This document shows positions 7,294 to 15,671 of a DNA stretch of 31,055 nt, in pieces. Origin of the DNA: a virus (Duplodnaviria > Caudoviricetes); the IMG/VR virus record IMGVR_UViG_3300012352_000046, positions 1 through 31,055 of that record. One strand, given 5' to 3'. Numbering within the stretch: position 1 is the stretch's first letter; each line of letters starts with the position of its first letter. A program made the translations under genes and the position numbers. The notes below the pieces were generated by a model. It saw nothing but the letters and a program-made list of their open reading frames with translations, did no database searches and had not been told where the DNA came from.

Positions 7294-10200
7294 ATGGCTG
7301 AAAACGTACAGTCAGACATAATCATAAATGTTGATACCTCAGTAGGTATCGCAGAGATTAAGCAACTACAAAGGCAGATATCTTCCCTAAACGCACAGCT
7401 CATGTCGAGCGGTGCAGCTCAAGCAAAATCAGCACAGAATATACAGCGTAACCTATTAAACAATATTAACGCTACTGGAGATTTTGCTGCACGAGTAAAG
7501 ACCATTGCTAGTACCACAGAAACATTCACCACCAGGCTTGAGAAAAACAAGATGGGGATGGGTGAGTACTTCAGATACGCAGGTGCTTCAAGCAAGACTT
7601 TCGGCAAGTTATTCAGGAATGAATTTGACACAATCGAGAAGGTTGCTCGTGAAAGAGTAAAGACACTACAGACACAATACATAAAGCTAGGTCGAGACGC
7701 AAATGGTGCACTAAAAGCCATTTCGGTTCGGCCTTTAGCTTTAGACATGGAAAATCTAGCAACAAAGACCGCCATGGCTGCACAAAAGCAGCAACTGATG
7801 AATCAGCTTTTGAAGCAGGGATCAACCAATCTTCTAAACTTTGGTAAGAATACTCAGTGGGCTGGTAGACAGCTTATGGTTGGTTTCTCTATTCCTTTGG
7901 CCATGCTTGGCACTGCAGCTGCTAAAACATTTATGCAAATGGAAGAGCAGGCTATTAGATTCAAGCGTGTCTATGGAGAAGCATTTACTTCAAATGAAGA
8001 AACAGACAAGATGCTTGACCAGGTCAAGAGACTTGCAAGTGAGTTTACAAAATATGGCGTCGCAGTAGAAGAGACCATGAAGATGGCTGCTAATGCAGCT
8101 GCTATGGGTAAGCAGGGGGCAGACCTTCTTGCACAGGTAAATCAAGCTGCCAGACTTGCAGTACTTGGTGGGGTAGAGCAAGAGCAGGCCCTAGAGACAA
8201 CTATATCTCTTACCAATGCATTTGCTGTTTCCGCAGAGAACCTAGCTGGTAAGGTAAACTTCCTCAACGCAGTTGAAAACCAGACCGTAACATCTATCGA
8301 AGACCTAACTATCGCTATTCCAAAAGCTGGTCCAGTTGTTCAGCAACTTGGTGGAGACGTAGAAGACCTCGCATTCTTCCTGACAGCCATGAAGGAAGGT
8401 GGAATTAACGCATCTGAAGGTGCTAACGCACTTAAGTCTGGTCTAGCAGCATTGATTAACCCAACGAAGAAGGCATCAGAGATGCTCGGTGCCATGGGCG
8501 TAAATATTACTGCAATTGTAGAGTCCAATAAGGGTGACGTAAAGGGGACAGTTGTCGAGTTTGCAAAAGCCCTTGACACGCTAGATCCGCTGAATAGAGC
8601 ACGTGCGATTGAGCAGCTATTTGGAAAGTTCCAGTTCTCTCGTCTATCAACTTTGTTCCAGAATGTTATTGCCGAGGGAAGCCAAGCTTCAAAGGTTCTA
8701 AGCCTTACTAACTCAACTACTCAAGAGCTGGCAATCCTATCAGAACGAGAACTAAAGCGTGTTCAAGATTCTCCGATGTACAAGTTTAAGAAGGTCGTAG
8801 AAGACCTAAAGGTGTCTCTAGTACCATTGGGAGAAGCATTCCTAAAGGCGATCACGCCACTGGGAGAATTCGTAAAGGGCTTCCTAGACAGATTTAATTC
8901 TATGGGCGATGGGGCAAAGCAGTTTGCAGTTATTGCAACTACTGTTGTTGCTGGTATCGGACCAGTCCTACTTATGACCTTTGGTCTCATTGCCAACGGT
9001 GCAGCAAACCTAATCAAGCTATTCCTCGGAATGGGGAAGATGTTCCAGAGAACTGGCAAGGGGTCTCAGACACTAGGCTCTCAGACAGAGTACATGACTC
9101 AGCAACAGCTCGAAGCCGCTGCTGTAGCGGCCTCTCTTGACCAAACTCACGGAAAGTTGATTCAGACATTCTCCTCTGAAACCAAGGCAGTCGATGCATT
9201 GGCTAGAGCATACGCTAGAGCAGTAGTCGCTCAATCTAAGCTTTCTGGAGTACCAATTGGAGCAGCAGCTGCAAAGTCAAAGGGGCCAAAAGCTAAGAAG
9301 TTTGCATCTGGTGTTGTATCAGTACCAGGGCCAAAGGGTGCTGGTGACGTAGTTCCTGCAATGCTTTCTCCTGGGGAATCCGTAATTCCTGCCGAAATGA
9401 CAAAGAAGTATGGCCCACTAATTAGTGGCATGGTAGATGGAACAATTCCAGGATTTGCTAGCGGAGTCTTCAATTTTGGTGGAAAGCAGTTTAGTGTTGC
9501 AAGTCAGTCTGGAGTAGACTCCCTAGAAAAAACTGTAAAGATTCTTCTAGCAAACAACGTTCCACAAGAGGACGTAGTCAAGAGACTAGAGTATCTGCAA
9601 GAAAAGTCTATTTCTCGCAATGAGCCATTCCTAAATGCAAAAAATCTTGCTAGACACTTTAAGTTCAAGCCTAGTGGAGAAAAAGAAACTAACCGTGGTT
9701 CTGGAAAGAGTGCTGCACCAGAAAAAGTAAGGCTAATGGGCCAGCCAGCCCAAATAGAGTTTGAGGAAGAAAGAAAATTCCTAAAGAGACAGCTTGAGAA
9801 GCTGGGGATAACTCTTAGTGATGGTCAGATAAAGAATGCTCTGCAGATGCAGGCTTCTCACATCATGCCAGAGAAAAATGCCGATGGAACAAAGAACTGG
9901 GCTAACCTTAAAAACCTAATTCCAGATCTGGGATATGTCAATGGATACCTAAATGATTTGACAACGCCAGGAAATAAGTTCTCGGAGTCTCTTGTCAGAA
10001 TGGCTGCCCAGGACCCTAAGTCACTTATCGCAAAGGGTATTGACCCAGATATTCTAGGAAAGATTCTGTCTGGAAAACACCCAACATCCAAGGCGGAGAT
10101 AGCAACCCTGAGAGCAATATCTCAGGAGCACATGAAGTTCTTGGGGCCAAGTGGAAAAAATTTCTATAGACCGCTAATGGTTGACCAAGGCTTAGCCTTT

Positions 10201-13200
10201 AGACAGGACAAGGGGTACTACAAGACACCAGTGGCCACATACGATGATCGAGTGACTACTGGGCAGTTTGGCTCCAAGAAGGCAAGACAAGCTGCTGCTG
10301 CTCAGCAAGAGGCCAAGGTTACCACTCTTCCAAAAACACAGCAAAAACCTAAGACTACAAAAAAGCAAGCCACTAATCTCTCTGACATCCTCAAGAGCAT
10401 ACCAGCATCACGTGGACTTAGGAGATATGCTACTGGAGTAGTCTCTGTTCCTGGTCCAAAGGGTGCAGGAGATGTTGTTCCTGCAATGCTCTCTCCAGGA
10501 GAAGCGGTAATTCCAACTAAGATGTCAGAAAAGTATGCCCCACTTATTTCTGCAATGGTTAATGGAACTATCCCTGGCTATGAGTTTGGAAATGATCCTT
10601 TTGATACTCCAAACCCATTTGGAGGAGACCCATCTATTCCTGCCGCATCTGACCCGTTTGCCCCAGCCCCTGGATCTAGCTTTGGAGCACCAGCAGCAGA
10701 CCCATTCGGTTCAAGCAGCTCATTTGATGACTACGAGAAAGAAAATAGAAAACTTGGCGGCAAGTTTGCTGATGCGTTTAAGGAAAAGGTTATTCCGTCC
10801 GCAACTCAGTTTGGAAAGAATGTTGCTTCCGAGATGGCAACTGGTGCTAAGACTGTTGGAAAAAATGTTTGGGAAAGGTCCAAGAAGGGTATTCTGGAGT
10901 CAGCTGCTAGAGGATTCTCAAATACCAAGCTAGGCCAGAAAATGTCTGGCGGAGCTGGAGTTACTTCTCAATCTGGAAAAACATATGTCGATGGCAAAGA
11001 AGCCACTGGCGGTACCGTCGTTACAGGAACAGGAGCTGGTAGCAAATCTGGAGCAGGCTCTGGAGCAGCATCTGCTAATCCTGCCACCGCAAAGCAGACT
11101 GCTAGAGAAAAGTTTGGGGCCAATGCTCAAAAAGCTGGAATGATCGGTATGGGTGTAAGCATGGCTACCTCCGCTGCCACAATGTTGCCAGGTGAAGCAG
11201 GTAAGGTAGCAGGAGACATAGCTCCACTATTGCTTGGTCTATCTGCAATGACCATGATGATTCAGGGACCAGTAAGTGCTGGCCTAGTGGCTCTTGCAGC
11301 TGCTGTAGCAGTCCCACTATACGCAATGTTCAAGTCAAACGAAGCTTTCGGACAGGCTCAAGATGCAGCTCTTGCACTTGGAGAAGCCATGGGTGTGGGC
11401 AGCGGTGCAATGGTTAAGTTTGCAGAGTTCGCTGGCAACGTAACTTCAAAAGAAATTATGGATAGACGCAGAACCGAGGGCTTTGACGGATTCCAGATAA
11501 AGAATGGTAAAAATACTTTTGGAAAGTCATTCCTCGGATCTGACGCTGGAAAGTCTTTGCTAGATAATACCCAAAAGACAATTGCGTCTGGTGGAGACAA
11601 GGCAGGCATCAGTCAGATAACTGCTCAGATGGCTACAGCCGTAAGCTCTGGAGCTATGTCAGCTGCCCAGGCTAGATCGGTAGTCGCACAGCTAGCAGAA
11701 GAGATGGGTGACTATAATTTCGGTATTCAGGTAAACTCAGAGCTCATGTCCATGATTGGTCCAGACGGGGAGAACTTGCTCACCGATCCGCTTGGTGTTA
11801 GAGTAAAGATGCTCGACGCTCAACAGGGGGAGATCGATGCCTCTGTGGCCAGAATGAACAAGGTTGCAGCAAAGGGCTTCCAGGGCACTGGTGCAGCTAT
11901 TGGTGGTGCAATCGCTGGCGGTCTAGCAGGTGCTGGCATCGGTGCTGCAATCGGAACAGTATTTGCTCCTGGCCCTGGTACCGCAATCGGAGCAGCTATT
12001 GGTGGGCTTGTTGGTTTGGTTTCTGGTGGAATAACTGGTGCAATTGCTGGCAATACTGAGCAGGTAAAGGCAATGGGAACTGCAGCAGCTGCAAACGTAG
12101 CTATTCAAAAAGCAGCTCTCGAGCAGCAGCAAGAAATATCAGACTCCCTTGAAATGGAATACGAAAAAAGAATTGCCGTTGCTGAAGCAGCAGGAGATCT
12201 CGTAAAGAAAGAAGAATTGCTTGGTGATCTTGCAACAGCAAGATTGGCCATGATGAAGGAAAATGGTGAGCTTAATAAGCAAATCCTGGATTCTTACAAA
12301 AATGCCCAAAGCGATGAACTTAGAAGTGCTCTTCAGTCTGGAGCAGAAAAGGCAGTCAAGAAAACTTATAAAGACACTGCAATGGAAGATGTTGCAAACT
12401 TGGCCCAGCTTGGGATTAACGACAGCAACTTAACTGGGGAGCAAAAATATCTTCTTACACTAGATCTTTCGACACAGGCCATAAGTCCAACCCAGATGAT
12501 TGATATTCTTAGCATGTCTGAGAAATCGAGAGACATAGTTATTGGCGTAGCCGCTAGTTACGGCGGTGCAACTGCAAACGAGCTATCGACTCTAGTAGGA
12601 ATGTTTGTAGACCCAGTAACAAAAGAGCCAATTGAAAGTGTTCAGACAGACTTCCTGCTTAACATTCAGAAAACTAAAACCCCAGAAGAATTTAAAGACA
12701 CTATGGAGTTCTACAAGAAGGTATCTCAGTCTGGAGCAGTTCTCAATACTGCGGTAGTTACTGACTACCTATTGAAGAACCCAGATGTCGCAGAGAGACT
12801 AGACGGCATATTTGACAAGCTGAGAGACACCAAGGGTAAGATATCGCTAAAGGTTCTTGCAGATGTCGTCGGTGCAAAAGAGATGGCAGCAATCAATAAT
12901 GATCTAGCATACTTCGAGGCACTGAGCGATGATGAGAAGAAAGTCTATACTCAGGTATTGGCTACCACTCTCCAGACTACAACTGTTGCAGACGACAAAT
13001 TTAAGAATTGGTTAAACTCTGCTGGATCTAAGTTCAAAAACGCATCGGACGCAACGCAGCTTACGGAATATGCTAACTGGAATTCCAGAGCAGTAACTGA
13101 CCAGGTCAAGGCAGATGGCAAGGTAGATGAATTCTTAAATCCTACTCCAACACCAACTGGTGGAACCAAGGAAAAGAACCCCCTAGACGATATTCTATCT

Positions 13201-15030
13201 AGACTGAAAATGGTTCGTGATGCAAGCATAAAGGCAACAGGAGGAATCAAAGAACTTCTGAGGGTCGTTGGTAAGAATGGGGAGAAGAACATATCGTCGT
13301 TCACTGGCGTTGAACAAAACCTAATCAAGAGGGATAATGTCTCTAGTTCATTTATGGACTTCTATGACAGCCTAGACGAAAAGGCAAAGAGCACATACGT
13401 TAAAATCAGCGGCAGCGGTGCCAAGGCGGTAGCCAGGCTGACTGCAGACGGTAGAAAGGTTCAGGCTGCACTTCGTGAAATCTCTATTGGAGATTACCAG
13501 AGTAGTCTAGTTCAGCAAAGACAGGACCTTGTAAATTCGTCTAAGGCATTCAACATGCTCAAGTCTGCTGGCATGTCAGCAGCAGATGCTTTAGAAGTTT
13601 CAAGAGATGCAGCCCTTGCCAATGCAATTGCAACAGCAGCTAGCAAGAAGGAAGTCATCGACCTTGTGAACGCATACAAGGCTCTAGCAAATGCACAAAC
13701 AGCAGCAGACAGGTTCCAGAAAACATTCGACGAGGCAAATGCTGCATGGGATGCAGAGAGAAACAAGATAGAGCTTAAGTTTGAAATTGACACAGAGGCT
13801 TTTCAGAAAGCAGTCACCGATGCACAGAATGAAATCGCAAAGAAGACTAATGAGGCAGGTGGTCTAGATGATCTACAGGCTGGTCTTACAGAAATTGGTT
13901 GGGCAGAAGATGAGATCAACAAGAAGTATGACCTAAGAACAGAAGCTCTGGATAGAGTTGCAAAGGCTAATGACAAGATTCTTGCATCACAAAAGGGACA
14001 GCTAACCATTGCCGATGCTCTTTCTCGTGGAGACATCTCAGCAGCAGCAGTAGCCATCCAAGACCAAAGAGCTCAAGAGTCACAGAATGCAATTCAGTCT
14101 CAAAGAGACCTTATGGACAACGCTCGCAAGGCTGAGCTTGGCGGAATAACAACGACAGTTAATGGTGTTAAGATGACTAGAAGAGACATCGAGGCAAAGA
14201 TCCTAACAATTGAAAAAGAGATATTTGCAATTGAGGAGAAGCGTCTCGAGCCAGCAAACGAAAGCATCCGACTAAAAGAAGTTGACAAGGTGGCAGCACT
14301 CAAGTCACTTGACCTACAGGAACGAGAGTGGAGAATACTTGAAAATGATATTGCACTTGCAGCATCTGCGGCCTGGGACTATGTCTCTGCCTTAACAGCA
14401 GCGAAGGATCTTGCTGCTCAGGCAGTTCTAGATGCCAAGAATGGCAGCACAGGCTCTGACAAAGAATTGTTTAGAAGTGAGACTGTCACTAACCCACCTC
14501 CAGTAGCTAAGCCAAAGGTTACTACAGGTGGTTCTGGCAAAGTCGATACAACAAAGAAAGACCCACCTCCAGCAGGTCCAAAGCTTGCAGAAGGCCAAAC
14601 ATCATTTGTTGACGCAAACGGAAAAACTGTAATAGCTACAAAAACCCTTAAGCCTGGAACTGGAGTTTACAATGGTTCGCAGTTTGTTCAGCCAGTATGG
14701 AGCTCTCCTGTCTTTACCTATAAATCTAAGGGTGGAATGATTCCAAACTATCTTGCGGATGGCGGTTCCCCGTTTGCAAAGGGTACAGACACTGTTCCTG
14801 CGATGCTGACTCCTGGAGAGTTCGTTATGAGCAAATATGCCGTAGACAGCTTTGGTGTAGAAAACATGAAGGCGATCAATAGCGGAGCCTCAGTTGGCAG
14901 CACAGTGTATAATAGTTATGACCTAAATGTAAATGTACGCTCTGACGCAAATCCAAACGAAATTGCTAGAGCAGTAATGACACAAATAAAGCAGGTAGAT
15001 TCTCAAAGAATTAGAGGAGTAAGGCTATAA
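7294..15030 (+). CDS. Tape measure protein (2578 aa)
   Basis: Longest ORF, follows the chaperones, Ala/Gly/Lys-rich and helical. TP901-type core (NFLNAVENQT...GGINASEGANALKSGL...AIEQLFGK), hydrophobic segments, and a C-terminal GTDTVPAMLTPGEFV motif. Confidence 0.95.
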   Translation: MAENVQSDIIINVDTSVGIAEIKQLQRQISSLNAQLMSSGAAQAKSAQNIQRNLLNNINATGDFAARVKTIASTTETFTTRLEKNKMGMGEYFRYAGASSKTFGKLFRNEFDTIEKVARERVKTLQTQYIKLGRDANGALKAISVRPLALDMENLATKTAMAAQKQQLMNQLLKQGSTNLLNFGKNTQWAGRQLMVGFSIPLAMLGTAAAKTFMQMEEQAIRFKRVYGEAFTSNEETDKMLDQVKRLASEFTKYGVAVEETMKMAANAAAMGKQGADLLAQVNQAARLAVLGGVEQEQALETTISLTNAFAVSAENLAGKVNFLNAVENQTVTSIEDLTIAIPKAGPVVQQLGGDVEDLAFFLTAMKEGGINASEGANALKSGLAALINPTKKASEMLGAMGVNITAIVESNKGDVKGTVVEFAKALDTLDPLNRARAIEQLFGKFQFSRLSTLFQNVIAEGSQASKVLSLTNSTTQELAILSERELKRVQDSPMYKFKKVVEDLKVSLVPLGEAFLKAITPLGEFVKGFLDRFNSMGDGAKQFAVIATTVVAGIGPVLLMTFGLIANGAANLIKLFLGMGKMFQRTGKGSQTLGSQTEYMTQQQLEAAAVAASLDQTHGKLIQTFSSETKAVDALARAYARAVVAQSKLSGVPIGAAAAKSKGPKAKKFASGVVSVPGPKGAGDVVPAMLSPGESVIPAEMTKKYGPLISGMVDGTIPGFASGVFNFGGKQFSVASQSGVDSLEKTVKILLANNVPQEDVVKRLEYLQEKSISRNEPFLNAKNLARHFKFKPSGEKETNRGSGKSAAPEKVRLMGQPAQIEFEEERKFLKRQLEKLGITLSDGQIKNALQMQASHIMPEKNADGTKNWANLKNLIPDLGYVNGYLNDLTTPGNKFSESLVRMAAQDPKSLIAKGIDPDILGKILSGKHPTSKAEIATLRAISQEHMKFLGPSGKNFYRPLMVDQGLAFRQDKGYYKTPVATYDDRVTTGQFGSKKARQAAAAQQEAKVTTLPKTQQKPKTTKKQATNLSDILKSIPASRGLRRYATGVVSVPGPKGAGDVVPAMLSPGEAVIPTKMSEKYAPLISAMVNGTIPGYEFGNDPFDTPNPFGGDPSIPAASDPFAPAPGSSFGAPAADPFGSSSSFDDYEKENRKLGGKFADAFKEKVIPSATQFGKNVASEMATGAKTVGKNVWERSKKGILESAARGFSNTKLGQKMSGGAGVTSQSGKTYVDGKEATGGTVVTGTGAGSKSGAGSGAASANPATAKQTAREKFGANAQKAGMIGMGVSMATSAATMLPGEAGKVAGDIAPLLLGLSAMTMMIQGPVSAGLVALAAAVAVPLYAMFKSNEAFGQAQDAALALGEAMGVGSGAMVKFAEFAGNVTSKEIMDRRRTEGFDGFQIKNGKNTFGKSFLGSDAGKSLLDNTQKTIASGGDKAGISQITAQMATAVSSGAMSAAQARSVVAQLAEEMGDYNFGIQVNSELMSMIGPDGENLLTDPLGVRVKMLDAQQGEIDASVARMNKVAAKGFQGTGAAIGGAIAGGLAGAGIGAAIGTVFAPGPGTAIGAAIGGLVGLVSGGITGAIAGNTEQVKAMGTAAAANVAIQKAALEQQQEISDSLEMEYEKRIAVAEAAGDLVKKEELLGDLATARLAMMKENGELNKQILDSYKNAQSDELRSALQSGAEKAVKKTYKDTAMEDVANLAQLGINDSNLTGEQKYLLTLDLSTQAISPTQMIDILSMSEKSRDIVIGVAASYGGATANELSTLVGMFVDPVTKEPIESVQTDFLLNIQKTKTPEEFKDTMEFYKKVSQSGAVLNTAVVTDYLLKNPDVAERLDGIFDKLRDTKGKISLKVLADVVGAKEMAAINNDLAYFEALSDDEKKVYTQVLATTLQTTTVADDKFKNWLNSAGSKFKNASDATQLTEYANWNSRAVTDQVKADGKVDEFLNPTPTPTGGTKEKNPLDDILSRLKMVRDASIKATGGIKELLRVVGKNGEKNISSFTGVEQNLIKRDNVSSSFMDFYDSLDEKAKSTYVKISGSGAKAVARLTADGRKVQAALREISIGDYQSSLVQQRQDLVNSSKAFNMLKSAGMSAADALEVSRDAALANAIATAASKKEVIDLVNAYKALANAQTAADRFQKTFDEANAAWDAERNKIELKFEIDTEAFQKAVTDAQNEIAKKTNEAGGLDDLQAGLTEIGWAEDEINKKYDLRTEALDRVAKANDKILASQKGQLTIADALSRGDISAAAVAIQDQRAQESQNAIQSQRDLMDNARKAELGGITTTVNGVKMTRRDIEAKILTIEKEIFAIEEKRLEPANESIRLKEVDKVAALKSLDLQEREWRILENDIALAASAAWDYVSALTAAKDLAAQAVLDAKNGSTGSDKELFRSETVTNPPPVAKPKVTTGGSGKVDTTKKDPPPAGPKLAEGQTSFVDANGKTVIATKTLKPGTGVYNGSQFVQPVWSSPVFTYKSKGGMIPNYLADGGSPFAKGTDTVPAMLTPGEFVMSKYAVDSFGVENMKAINSGASVGSTVYNSYDLNVNVRSDANPNEIARAVMTQIKQVDSQRIRGVRL
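9301..9465 (+). repeat. TMP internal 55-aa repeat, copy 1
   Basis: FASGVVSVPGPKGAGDVVPAMLSPGESVIPAEMTKKYGPLISGMVDGTIPGFASG. Confidence 0.95.
10426..10590 (+). repeat. TMP internal 55-aa repeat, copy 2
   Basis: YATGVVSVPGPKGAGDVVPAMLSPGEAVIPTKMSEKYAPLISAMVNGTIPGYEFG. Confidence 0.95.
14749..14856 (+). repeat. TMP repeat, degenerate copy 3 near the C-terminus
   Basis: YLADGGSPFAKGTDTVPAMLTPGEFVMSKYAVDSFG shares the D-x-VPAML-[ST]-PGE-x-V core. Confidence 0.8.
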
Positions 15031-15671
15031 TGGCAACCCAGGAATATTTGGACGGTAGAAAGAAATACGCTCGTCCACAAGCCATGATGTGGTCTACTCA
15101 GCCGCCACAAATACTAGACGGCAAGTATGTGCCATACGGGCTAGAGGTAAACGACAATGTGGACGCAGTCTCTGACGAATCACTTAAGGATCAGTTCTTA
15201 ATCCTATCTGATGATAATAGAGAGTCACTTGGATTCTCTATCGAAAGAATTGAGTCTCGAAAAAGAATGGTTAATGGACAAATGCGTTCATACCACATTG
15301 CTGATAAGTTAAATATAACTACGTCCTGGTCAATGCTACCTTCTAGAGGATTTGCTACATATCCAAACTTCAACCTAACTACAGGCCAGCCAAACCCAGC
15401 ACTAACTCAGCAGCAGATGGTTACATCAGACGGTGGTGCAGGTGGTGTAGACATGCTAGCCTGGTACGAAAATCACAAGGGGCCTTTCTGGGTTTACCTT
15501 TCATACGACAAGTATACAGAGTTCGAGAGAGACGGAAACCGCTACCTAAGATTGGCAGAATATCCACAGGCAGTAGAGATGTTTATTTCTTCATTCAGCT
15601 ACGATGTCGTAAAGCGTGGAGGTCACAACCATGATCTCTGGAATATATCACTTTCGCTGGAAGAGGTATAA
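15030..15671 (+). CDS. Probable distal tail (Dit-like) protein
   Basis: First gene after the TMP with TAATG coupling; beta-rich, ends WNISLSLEEV. Confidence 0.6.
   Translation: MATQEYLDGRKKYARPQAMMWSTQPPQILDGKYVPYGLEVNDNVDAVSDESLKDQFLILSDDNRESLGFSIERIESRKRMVNGQMRSYHIADKLNITTSWSMLPSRGFATYPNFNLTTGQPNPALTQQQMVTSDGGAGGVDMLAWYENHKGPFWVYLSYDKYTEFERDGNRYLRLAEYPQAVEMFISSFSYDVVKRGGHNHDLWNISLSLEEV

Noticed and set aside
14905-14913. GTGTATAAT near the TMP 3' end as a promoter
   Set aside because: The TG is out of register for an extended -10, there is no -35, and Val-Tyr-Asn codons explain it. It cannot be fully excluded.
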